Source: Calcarisporiella thermophila CBS 279.70 (Eukaryota; Fungi; Calcarisporiellomycota). Taken from it: a stretch of DNA of 64,000 nucleotides. Shown in pieces: positions 39,835 to 51,683 of the stretch. The DNA lies in NCBI RefSeq assembly GCF_041956535.1, contig NW_027192213.1, forward strand, positions 53,111 through 117,110, given 5' to 3'. Position 1 is the first letter of the stretch. The number at the start of each line of letters is the position of its first letter. Position numbers and translations under genes: made by a program. The notes under the pieces are model-generated. The model was not told the DNA's origin, did not search any database, and saw only the letters and a program-made list of their open reading frames with translations.

Positions 39835-40958
39835 CGTGCTTTCCCTCTTTACCCCTCTTTGTTTCCCTTGGGCTTAGTAACTATGCAAGATGATCCATCT
39901 CTTGTAGTTTGACTTTTATGCAGACTATGCTTGCCATAGTCACGGTTCTAATTTGCTTTGATGTTTCGGATGCACTACTCGAAAATAAATTGTATTTTAA
40001 ACAAGCACCCCCACTTGTTCACCCACTCCACCTGCTCTTCTCTCCTTGCTGCTGCTAGGTCTCTAATGAATCGAGATACGAGCAAGACTAGGAAGACCAT
40101 GTTGATATCATTTTCCAGCCCCATTATTGCATCAGAGCCCTTGATCCGAGGTGCTTCGCTCCCATTTTATGGGCATTCCGGAACCCGAGGAGCTACGTGG
40201 AGAGGATTACAGTTGATTTGAGGAAAACTCTTGCGTTGCTCGATTGTTAAGCTACAGAAGGGTCAAACTAAAGCCTCTTCCCGACGGCTTGCAACAAGAC
40301 TAGAGGTCTTTTCATCCTCTAGTTGCTATAATACGGTGGAATATGATCTGGAGTGGCGTTAAGACTGAAACACTTAGCAGTATTTTGGCCGCTTTCACCA
40401 GCCAAGCCATCCACTGGCTTGAAAGGATATCACTACAAAATCTTCTTATTTTGCCTTTAGAGTTTTTGCCTTTGGGGAAGAGTGCTAATCTACTTTGACA
40501 GCGCCGCGATAAAAGCCTCATCCTCGGGCTCCAAGGGTTCCAGGGGAGGAACCGAGCCTAAGCGACCGCGGAGCTGAAGAGGAACAGGGCCGTGGGACCA
40601 TGCAAAGCTTCGAAAATGATCCGAAGCTGTCATCGAACCTTAACCCTGTTGATTCGATTCATTCTCTAATTTTCAAACAGGCTAAGCTGCAGCTCTTTTG
40701 GAGGGGAACTTAAGGGGACCGAATGGCTTGTCTAGGTTGCCTCGGTCCGTGCTCAACTAGCGTGAGGAAAACAGGCAAAACATACCAGAGCATTACTACT
40801 ATGGTTTATTTTCTTGACCAACTTGTATTCACCCAGTTAGAAATATAAATAAAACATGCTTTACTTCTACTCCAAAATGCACTTCTATCCCACTGTTCCA
40901 GAGGGGGAAAATATGACAAAGCAAAGAGGAACAAAAAAATAATGGGGGGGGAACCCTT

Positions 40959-42391
40959 TTAGAATTTATACACGGTGTTGCTACTGTATCCCAGCTTGCC
41001 CAAGACGCCAGTCACCTCTCCTTGGGTGAAGTTGGGCCCCTTCATCCCGCACACGTGCTGCAGCATTCCATTGGGGCCGCACACGAACAACATGCTCTTG
41101 CCCTCGGCTGGAGCAGGCATGTGCTTCTTCACCATGTCCTCGCTCACAAAGCCGGTCTCGCCCTGCCAGTCCTTGGGTGGCTTGTCGAGAGTGTAGACGA
41201 CCTTGAACTGGTTAGGCTTCTCCTTGGCGAGGCGGTCGAACTCCGAGCGCAGCAGAATGTCGTCCTCGGTGACGTTAGCGAAGAGAAGAGTGATCTTCGT
41301 CTTGTCCTTGGGGTCCTTGAGGATGGCGCTGATCAATTGGAGCTAAACAAAAAGAATGGCGCACTCAGTTACTCGGATCCTTTCCTCGATAGAGCAGGGC
41401 CGATGTTTACCATGGGGGTGATGCCAGTTCCGCCAGCAATCAATCCGACCTCCTCGTGTTTGTTGGCCTCGTACGGATACTTGGGAATGGGGCCCTTCAC
41501 CTCCAACACATCCCCAGGCTTCATCGCGTGGATATGCTCAGACATAGGACCATCTAGGCCATGACATTCATTTAGCACCCTTGGAGGAGTGGAAATGATC
41601 AAACCCATAGCCGTCAGAGGCTGCGCGGGTCCGACCAGAGGAAAGTAAACGCTTACCCTTGTATTTCTTAATGATCAGGTCGAAAAAGCCCTTCTGGTCC
41701 TCATCCGACGTGGGCGTGTAGGGCCGCACCACATACTTGCCGTTCTCCTGAGGGAACCTGGTCAATACGCAGCTTGCCACGTGCAAACCAAGCACTTGGT
41801 CCTGCTCGGGGAGATCGAAGCGGAAGAGCTTGGTGTTGTAGTTCACATCATGGACCTCGCGAAGCTGCAGGACAGCATCATTCGTTAGTTAAAGAGGCTG
41901 AGCCAGGATGACGCAAAGGGTATAGATACCTTGAATGGGGTGAATTCCTCTGGGTTGAGCGCCTTCTTGACTGGAGTCTCCGTCGCCTTCACCGCCTCCT
42001 TGGCGACTTCAGTCACCGGCTGGCCGGATTTCTTCGAGTAATAATAGTAGCCTAAACATTGTGTTATAAGTCAGTATAAAATAGTCCAAATGCCGATGCA
42101 TGGGTGGGGGGGAGGAGAAAATAACCAGCAGCAAGCAGAGCAACAGGCCCACCAATAGTCAGCAATGGGTTAGATTTTCTTGGGGGAGGAGGAGTCCCCG
42201 ATGAGAATTGTCGATAAGCCATGGATCCCTACATGGGCATCAAAGGTAATATTCTATTAATAATGACGCGTTTCGAAGAAATTGCAATGGTAGGCGCAAA
42301 GGGCCAAAAATCGCACATGTAGACGGGTGTTAGCGGCAAAGGTCGAGCCCACGCGCGAAGCCGTGCCAATCAAAGAGGGAGTGAAACGCAT
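40959..42391 (-). CDS. MCR1: Mitochondrial NADH-cytochrome b5 reductase (Mcr1-like)
   Basis: Presequence plus single TM; FAD motif 'VRPYTP', NADH motif '[11 protein letters not shown]', '[12 protein letters not shown]', 'FVCGP', ends in YKF. Confidence 0.93.
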
Positions 42392-42541
42392 AATGTCTGA
42401 TTTGTTAGAGGGAGGAAATTTTATTAACCAAAGAAACAGCTGACGGGGGGGGGGGAGAGGTGAGATTTAAGGGAGGAACGCCGAGGACATTGCGAAATTT
42501 CGGGATTTAAAAATCATCGATTCCGGACTATAGCCCGGAAA

Positions 42542-43590
42542 TCAGAGCCTTGCCAATGATGTAGAGACCCCTTTTTCAAGATAAGCATCGCGCTTGAATC
42601 GGTTTACTCTTTTTTTGTGTGCTACGCTCAGCCGGTCCCACCTCCCTCTAGACACTCTAACAGCTGCTTAATCTCCTCCATCGTCAGGGTGTTGATTAGC
42701 GCGTCAAGATAGTGGATATGGGAGTGCTTGATGTGATAGCGCACGCCATTCATGCTCTTAAATCGGGCGGGACAAAGGGGCATCAGGCAAGCAAAGGGTT
42801 TGTCAGCATCATCCGAACAGCTCCCCTGGCGCTGGTGATACTAGGGGTGGAGTATATGCGGTGGGTATTAGCATAGAGAAGGTTGCGAACTTGGACAGAG
42901 GAAGGCATTACCTTTAGTCCATTTGAGGACTTGAATGTTTTCTCGCACCCAACACACTTGTACGGCTTCTCGATGGGAGATAGAAGGAGTCGGCTGAGGA
43001 TGTCGGTGTCGAGCATCCGCCGCTTGCCCTCCCCTGGCTCGGAGAGGGCTGGCTCCTGGAGTTTTCGCTTGGCACTTAGCGCGCTCTCTCCCGCTGTATG
43101 CATATATCCGACTTCGCGCGTAGATCCGCCACTGCTGTCTACTGTCTGGACTTGGCTCCCATCGCATACAGGGTTGTCGCTGCGGCTGCGGTCTTTGTCG
43201 TCGCCATTAGTATGTTCATCGTCGTATTCACTCTCTGTCTCTTCGTCGTCAGCGTTATCGTCACTACGGGAGAGGTCCTCATAGTGACTCTCCTCCACAT
43301 GGAATAGAAGCTGATGCAAGTCTTCGAGGACCTGGTCACAGCTGTTGCAGTAGAAGTCGCGGCAAAAGTTTGCCTCGAGGGCATAGGAATCTTGTTCGGT
43401 GGTTTCGGAAGTTTCATCGGCACAGATTAGTGCGGAGAAGTCCCACCAGCTAAAAATGGGAGAAAAATCATGAAGAGAAATGAGGATGGAGATCGAGAAC
43501 GATGGATCACAAGCAGAAAAACACGTACTCGTACGGCGTCTGAGCCGAGGCGGTGGGCCTGTGGTGGTTTGATCCCGTTGGGGCAGGCAT
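42542..43590 (-). CDS. Sfp1-like C2H2 zinc-finger transcription factor
   Basis: 'EANFCRDFYC..LEDLHQLLFHVEESH'; split fingers 'KPYKCVGCEKTFKSSNGLK|YHQ' and 'KPFACLMPLCPARFKSMNGVRYHIKHSH'; ATG 43590 joined in frame through a GTACGT intron. Confidence 0.78.
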
Positions 43591-45763
43591 TGGCTAATTC
43601 GCGGGATAATCTCAGGAGAATGTCGATGCGGAGAAGGGTGAGATTTTGCTCTAGTCTTGCGTAGAAAAGAGGAGTCTGAAGACACGGTCGGCGTGGAGAT
43701 GCGGGGGGGGAAGGGGGGAGCGGTAGAGTTGTCTTGGGTAATATATTGTATTCACTTCGATGTCACGCAGACTTTACTTGGATTATTGCCAAATATGTCT
43801 TTTTTATGAAACATGGCTCATATTACTCCCGATCTCTCGTAGTCACGCTTTTGGATAAGGGGACGAACTCTACTGGGAGGAGAGGGGCCGCTTTCGGTTA
43901 GGGGCAGGAGAAAAGTGGAAAGTCCTCTTACAAATCCGCCCATTTTCCTCTCTCCTCAGCAGGCCAAAATCAAAAATGCGATGCGAGCCGCGTGCAGAGG
44001 AAAGGCCAGTGGGCCAAAGCAATCCCCCGTGGGATTGCCCTCCCTAGCTCTGAAGCCAGGCCGCTCCCACATTCCAAGGAGAGCCCCCCTTCGTTTCTCG
44101 AGGGGCGTTCTCCTCACCACCTCGCACTTACCTCATACCACTTCTCCTCCATCCACCGCGCCCATGCAGCTGTGGGGGGGTTGCCTTCCCCTCCCTCACC
44201 CCCACTTTGCCGAATCCACACATACTGTATGTGCCCTCGCTTCCCCCGTCCTCCCCTGCCCCCACCTTACATGACGGGGGGGGGGGGGGGAAGCACGCGT
44301 GTGAATGGGAATTACCACGCATCTGTATGAAGAGGAACCGCGCATGATGGGATCAGAGGGGGAGCTGACGCGTCAGACATATTAAAGTGGTATTACATGC
44401 ATCCGAATAGTAAAGCAAAGGCTCTAAAACGTTGGCCCCCCCCCCTCTCCGCACTCTAGATTAGGAAGGATGCAGCCTGCGCCCAAGGATGCATTTAATG
44501 TAAGCCAAGGTTTTGTTCTCTAGATCTGCATGCATCCTTCGAAATGGGTCTCCTCCTTCCTTCCACGCTTTCCTTCCCCCTTCCCCCCCTTTATTTTGGT
44601 TCCTTCGTCCTCGCCTTCAGAACACAGCCAAGGGATCCAGACTGGCGGAGCAGAGTGCTCTTGCTGGAGATTAGGATTTTGAGAAACATGATCTGTTTGA
44701 GAAAAGAGAGGAAAAAGGAAAGGTGATTATTGACAGGAGAAACACCAACACCGCAAGTCCATGCAATCTACACCACACAAGATTACACAATCACGGAAAA
44801 AAACACCATGATGACACTGGGCACTAGAGGGAGGGGGGGGGATGCGATCGTCGGATCGGGGGTTTGTAATTAACAAAGTTTCACATTGCTCCTCCTCCCC
44901 TCCCCCTCGGGGTGGCAAGAAGGCGATTTGGTAGGCGGGCTTCTCCTCTCAGCTTTATTTTTAGCCGGGGTGGTACAGAGGGCTGCCGAATGGAAAGGGG
45001 GCTGGTTCGCCTGAGAACCTGCGGCCGAGGGGGGAGGGAGGCAGCCTAGGCGCCTCTCTGTAGCCGCGGCTGGCCGAGGGCCTGTACGGCTGCGGAGTAG
45101 AGGAGCAATAAGCTCCGGCTCCGTACAGCAAGGGCGCGGCACCACGCCCTTTACTTTCCCCCCTTCAGTTGCCACCACCGCCACTCCTCGGCCCCCTCTG
45201 CCGCCCGCTTCCCTCCTCCCGCCCCCCTCTCCCCTTTCTCCCCATACCTTGTCTATGACCTGAGACTCCCTAAGCGCATAGGCAGCCGAGACGGCTCTGG
45301 CAGAACGCGGCCTCATAGGGGAGGATTAAGGCCCTACTATGTAGCTGCTCTGTTTCAAGGCGGGGCTTCACTCCAGACTGCCTAGATCACACTCTACAAG
45401 CAAACACCTAGTGTTAAACCTTTTACCTTGGCCTCTTTATCTAATCTGCCTTTTCCATCGGAGAAATCGCCATCCATATTTGCGCTGGGAGCATCAGGCA
45501 AATGGGGTTGGAGATTGAATGGGAAAAAAAAATCAGAGGGAACAGGTTAGGCAGAGCAATGCATCCAAAAAAAAGAGGAAAAAAAAAAGAGGAAAAAGAG
45601 CGCATGCATCCCCTCGCAACATCAATTTACTATGTCCAAATAGGGAGGGTTGCGTTTGATCGACACTCATCCTTTGGATTGGGTGGAGGGGGTGGCGACT
45701 TTGTTGAAATCAGGAACAATTGGAAACTATCCTGCCTTTGTCTTTATATATTTAACCACCAAA

Positions 45764-46348
45764 NNNNNNNNNNNNNNNNNNNNNNNNNNNNNNNNNNNNN
45801 NNNNNNNNNNNNNNNNNNNNNNNNNNNNNNNNNNNNNNNNNNNNNNNNNNNNNNNNNNNNNNNNNNNNNNNNNNNNNNNNNNNNNNNNNNNNNNNNNNNN
45901 NNNNNNNNNNNNNNNNNNNNNNNNNNNNNNNNNNNNNNNNNNNNNNNNNNNNNNNNNNNNNNNNNNNNNNNNNNNNNNNNNNNNNNNNNNNNNNNNNNNN
46001 NNNNNNNNNNNNNNNNNNNNNNNNNNNNNNNNNNNNNNNNNNNNNNNNNNNNNNNNNNNNNNNNNNNNNNNNNNNNNNNNNNNNNNNNNNNNNNNNNNNN
46101 NNNNNNNNNNNNNNNNNNNNNNNNNNNNNNNNNNNNNNNNNNNNNNNNNNNNNNNNNNNNNNNNNNNNNNNNNNNNNNNNNNNNNNNNNNNNNNNNNNNN
46201 NNNNNNNNNNNNNNNNNNNNNNNNNNNNNNNNNNNNNNNNNNNNNNNNNNNNNNNNNNNNNNNNNNNNNNNNNNNNNNNNNNNNNNNNNNNNNNNNNNNN
46301 NNNNNNNNNNNNNNNNNNNNNNNNNNNNNNNNNNNNNNNNNNNNNNNN
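45764..46348. other. Assembly gap (N run)
   Basis: Continuous n characters. Confidence 1.
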
Positions 46349-46676
46349 CCCGCCCTCCTCCCCCCCCCTCCTTCTCCTCACACCCCCGCCGGCGACTCTC
46401 TCGTCCCCTTTCCTCCCAGCTTTAGCCTGCACCCATCTCTAATCTCGCGTAGCTGAGCAAAGAGCATCCTCTCCAACTCTCTTTCTCTATCTATCTATCT
46501 GTTCCACGGCCTCTCCCCCCCTCCCCCTCCCACACCCAGTGTCGCTCTCAGTCCAGCCGCATTGCTTCGTTCTTTGCTCGTGGCATCCGCATTCCAACCG
46601 CATTCTCGATTCTTCGCCGGCGCATCACTAGCATCCCCCAAAATCACCGCTGCAATCCATTCCCCACTGTAAAATC

Positions 46677-47919
46677 ATGGAATTCCCAACAATACCCAGC
46701 TCATGGCACTACTGGCCCATTCTCTCCTGCACACTCGACACCAACGGCAACCTCATGCCCACCACCTCCGCCTCCCTCCCCACGCTCCCATCGGTGCTCG
46801 CCCCCTACCCCCACGCCCCCTCCTACTCCTCCTCGTGCCTGCCCACCCCGCCCCTCACCGCCATCTCCACGCCCACCCCGCCCCCCTCCTCGCAGCTGCT
46901 CGCGTCCGCACACCACCCCCCCACCCCGCCGCCCAAGCGCAAGCAGCAGCAGCAGCAGCAACAGCAGCAACAGAAGACCCCCGACTTCAAGCCCACCTTC
47001 TACGACCCATTCCAGATCAAGCACCGTCGGCGGGCCTCCAAGTCGCAGCTCCGCATTCTCGAGCAGTCCTTTGGCGAGAACCCTAAGCCGAACGCCGCTG
47101 TCCGTCGAGCGCTGGCGCAAAGGCTGGACATGACGTGTCGGAACGTGCAGATCTGGTTCCAGAACAGACGCGCAAAGGCAAAAAAGGCGAGTCGCGCCGC
47201 GGTGGGCGCGAACCTCAAGGGCGCAAAGCACGCGCTCCCTCTGGAGAGCAAGCAGAGCGGCCGGAAGGGCGACGCGGACGAGGAGGACGAGGAGGAAGAG
47301 AGGGTGAAGAGCGAGGAGGAGGATGGCCGGGTGCCGGAGGACATGTCCCTGGAGCTGGAGGGCGTGCTGGTCGATGAGGACGACGACGAGGACGACGACG
47401 AGGATGAGGAGAAGGAGAACGCCTGCCCCGCCGCCTCAAATAACCAGCCCGCCGCCCCGGCCAGCGCCGAGGTAACAAGACGGGACGACCTCTTCCTCCC
47501 CTCCGGCTATTTATCCAACTTCGCCAACAACATGGCCTCTGAGGAGTTCGCCTCGGCCGCCGAAAAGGCCATCGTCAACGGCGTGGAGGATGCCTTCGTC
47601 GGGTATCTTCCTCCGCATTTTTTCAGCCCAACGGAACAGGTAAATATTCGCAACCCCTTAGCATTCGGCCCTGCCACTCGCTACTCTTCTTTTCGCCTCG
47701 AGACTCATGGCCATGCTGCTTTTGCTTTTCTAGAAAAAACGCTACGAACTTGGATACCTGCCCGACGATTTTGTCTCGGAACTCAAGACCTTCCCCCTCG
47801 TCCATGTGCATTCGCAGCCCGGCACTACCCAACCGATGGGTGGCGACGAGAAATCGGCCCACCAACTGGTTCGCGGCCATAGCCTGGATTCTGCCGTGTG
47901 GAATCCTTCCTTGTATTAA
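46677..47919 (+). CDS. Homeodomain transcription factor
   Basis: 'FKPTFYDPFQIKHRRR..QLRILEQSF.ENPKP...VQIWFQNRRAK'; intron 47640-47733 gives a last exon KKRYELGYLPDDF...NPSLY*. Confidence 0.9.
46944..46973 (+). repeat. CAG/CAA repeat (polyQ10) in the homeobox gene
   Basis: cagcagcagcagcagcaacagcagcaacag. Confidence 0.95.
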
Positions 47920-48537
47920 TATCTATTATCCAGTATGGAATATCGTGTCATATTTTTTCACTTATTTTTTCCTGTTTTTTTTTGTGTAATATCCTCTTTT
48001 TCGTTTCTACTTGTTTTTTTTTCTCTTGGCCTTTCAATTTATTTTTCATTTGGTTCTCTTTTTTTTTCTCTCTTTATATATAAAAAAGATTCACACCTGA
48101 TTTCTATTGGACTTTATTCTCTGATGATATCATCCCGCGTGAATTCTACTAAACATGGTAACCAGGAAATGGGGAGTACAAAGCCACCTATCGCATATAC
48201 ACTCCTTTCAGGTTTACAAAAATAGAAAAGAGAGAAGGGGGCAGAGGCCATGGTGAAGCCGTTCGAAGGGGGAACCAGCAAAGTCTAGCGTTTTAGTACA
48301 ACAATAGTAAACTGATAGCAACAAAGTGACAATAGACAAACTTCATCTAACTTGGCATAGGATAGCACCCAAAAAAAAAAAAATTGTGCGTGAGGAATGA
48401 AAATAAAGAGAAGGGAGAAAGGGGAGAGGAAAAAAAAAATGGAGAGCCAGGGATACTAAAACAAAAAAGAAAAGAGCAAAAAGGAGAAAATATAACAAAG
48501 TGTAAAAGAATCTCTAGCGGAGAAAGAGAAAAAGCGT

Positions 48538-51465
48538 CTAAAGCTCCCACACGCCCACCAAGGTGCCCAAGTACGAGCCGGTGACCCACTCGGGAACGAT
48601 CTCCTTGACCTGGCCCAACACCTTGACGCCCCGCACCGGTCGCTCCTCGTTCTTCTCAAAGCCCTCGCGCTCAAGCGCGGTGAAGTGGAAGCGCAGCTTC
48701 TCGTTCCGCTCACTCTTGTACGTCAGATCCATCCGCCACGAATTGTAGCCGTGGCCACCCGCATGCCGGATAACGTAGTGGTGGGAGCGGGAGTAGGGCG
48801 GGGTATTAATGCTCCAGTCCACGACGTGCGCATCAAAGGCAATCACGTTCCACGTGTAGGACGGGAAGTGGCACAGGATGGTTAGCGACCTCGTGCGCGT
48901 GACGGGATCGTAGGTTACATTGTCCGCGCGCAGGTCGGGCAGCTCCTTCAGCATCAGGTCCCGGGGAACCCTGCTGCTCCCGGGGTGGGGCTCGGCGCGG
49001 GCCTCGATGTAGGGCGCGGTGTCGAGCCGGTACGACTCGAGGAATTCGCTGAAGGGGTAGATGGAGTCCCAGTCCGAGGGATTTTGCGCGTGGTGGCGGT
49101 ACTCCGCACGGACCCCAAACGCGCTCTCGAACCCGTCCAGCACATGCTCGAAGAAGGGGCCGCGGTCGGGTTGCGCCACGTGCAGATACGTTTCCCCCGA
49201 GGTGATGTTCTTCAAGTGCTGGATGAACACGCGCTTGGGGTGCAGGCGGTCGTAGGGCCACACCCCCGGCCACACGCCCATCCCCAAAATCACCAGCGCC
49301 TGGGCCGCAAGCGCCAGCGTGAGCACCCGCCCGAGCGCAGCGCGCCCAAATCGCACCGAGAAGGAGGAGAGGGAGGGCATCTCGGCAAACACCACGAGGC
49401 CGCACAGCACCGCGGCAATGTAGTCGACGGGCGTGTCCGCCCCCATCCTCCCGGTCAGCGGCACAAAGATCATGAGCAGCGAGATGCCGAAGATGGTGAA
49501 CCAGAGGGACGTGATGGTGGCGGAGAAGGCGTGCGCCCAGAGCGGCATGCGTTTCCTCGCCCACTTCATGTTGCCCTTGATGTCGATGTAGGGCTCGTTC
49601 CTCACCGACCCCGACACCTCCATCCAGAGCACCACCAGCGTGTAGGTGGCCGAGTACACCCAGATGATGAAGGAGGTCGCGATCCGCGGCAGAGTCAGGA
49701 GGAGCATGCACACGTTGGAGAGGTACATAAGGCTAACGAAATTGGCATACTCCAGATCGCCCAAGCCCCTCAACCGCCTCGACACCCCCGGCAGGAAGTA
49801 TTGCACGAGGAGTGGCCCGGCCACCGCCGCCGGCCCAAACAGAACAAGCCCTAGCCACTCCCGGCGATACCACGTCATCGACTTGCCGAGCACTTGAACC
49901 ATCGTGAATGACACCAGACAGGGGGAGAGCAGAGCCGCCACCGTGCTCAAAATCACGCCTAGAGCGCACAGGCCGTAGGCGGAGAGCACGTCGCGGAATG
50001 TGCGGAAGGGTGCCGTGCGTGCCGTGCGAAGCACCACGCGGATGTAGAGATAGGTCGCCAGGGCAAAGGTGACGAGGTGGAGGATGCAGGTCGCATACCA
50101 CGGGTAAACCACAAAGGCGACCCCAAAGAAGTCAAAGAAGACCACGTCGGTGACCGGGGTGGTATCGGTGAGGTTGCCCACGCTGGTGAGATGCTCAACC
50201 AGCTGCAGGCTATTCTCGCCCATATGCTATCCACCACAAATAGGGAAAGGTTATTCGACTCGGCGTCATCCAGGCAGCACCCAAAGGACATCCTACCTGC
50301 ATAGAGCCCGGCTCCACATGCTCGACCGTGTCTAAATAGGTATGATATAAATAGGAATTCTGGTATAGAGCCATGTCGATGCCCGTCAAGTTGCCATAGT
50401 CGATGAATTGGCGAAAATCGGTGTCGGAGAGGATCAGGCCGGTGCGGAAAATGTCGTTTGCCATCGCAGCCCCATGTGGATAGGGGACCGTTTTGTAGGC
50501 GTTGATCAGCTCGAGTGAGTTGGCCTGAAAGAGCACTTCGCGGCCAGTGGTTCCGCACGCCTCGAGGTTGATGACCGCACGAATACTGCATTAGGGGAGG
50601 GAGAAGGGGCTAGGGGTTAGACGCGAGATAGAAACATGGAAACGTCCAGGGAAAGGAGTTTACCTGTCCTTCAGTTCATGCATAGTGATGAACCCGTGGG
50701 AAGCATCTTGCAGCGACTCTTCGGCACCATTGAACACTAGCCACAATAAAATGGTTAATTTAGTGCCCCCTTCTAATCAAGGAAGGGTGGAGAGAAAGAA
50801 GAGCATACGGAAAATGACGGAGTTCTTTCGAGGGGTCTTGCTCAAGCTCAAAATTCGGATGATTTCAAGCATGACCGCCACCCCTGCGCCGTCGTCAGCG
50901 GCGCCAGCACTTCCAATCGTTGTATCGAAGTGGGAGTTCAAAAGCACAGCGTTTTGATCGCACTCGGGACCACACGAGAGTCGGACGATAATGTTGGTCA
51001 CGTTGGTGTACATCTTGATGACCACTGTGAACAAAGGGAAAAGGTTACAGGGCCACCGCGTAAAAATGAAAGAGAAGAGAGATAGGTACTGTGATGCATG
51101 ATGTCAAAGCGATGGGATCCCGATGCCTCCTGCACCCAAACATCGAACTTGAGCTTATCATTTCCCTCCGCAGCACGCTGGTACTCGGCTATTTTGTCTA
51201 GGAGGTACCTCTTAGTGCGCTCCTCCTCCTCCGTGCCCACCAGCCTGTAGCCAATGGTCTCGGAGAGATGCCGCATGTGCTCGCGCGCATTATGTTCAGA
51301 GAATACCGCGCGGCCCTGGGCATCGATGCCATCATGGAGGACAGGATCCGGGAGCCGCGTGTGGAAATAGAATCCAACCAGCGCGGAAAGCGCAATAAGC
51401 AAAATGATCAAGAGGTAGGAGCGAGGCCAGTCGAGATCTCGCCGGTGATTGAGTTTTTGTGCCAT
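48538..51465 (-). CDS. M28 family membrane metallopeptidase (ERMP1/Pff1-like)
   Basis: 'LLNSHFDT..SAGAADDGAGVAVMLE', 'NGAEE', 'NLEACG', 'SDTDFRQF', 'YHTYLD', multi-TM region, 'HPKRVFIQH'. Confidence 0.92.
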
Positions 51466-51672
51466 GGGAGTTCTATGGAAGGGAAAGAAGGAGGAAGGGG
51501 GGAGAGCATGTCAGTTGAATGGAGCGAGTTCAGAAAACAAGGTTGGATCAACTGACTTGTGGGCCATCCTTAGAAGTGAGGAAAAAAAAAATTATGCATC
51601 GGCTCCTGGAAAGGACGTTGACCAAGGGCTTGTGACCTATGCTTAACACATATGTACCAGAAGGATCACCTT

Positions 51673-51683
51673 GGTTCGATTCC
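51673..51683 (+). promoter_or_regulatory. Isolated Pol III B-box (GGTTCGATTCC), possible TFIIIC site
   Basis: Perfect match to GGTTCRANYCC with no foldable tRNA around it. Confidence 0.3.

Noticed and set aside
40636-40647. AACCTTAACCCT as a telomerase RNA template
   Set aside because: Imperfect repeat with no pseudoknot evidence; a chance match is likely
45502-46456. ORFs spanning the N run
   Set aside because: Artefacts of the assembly gap
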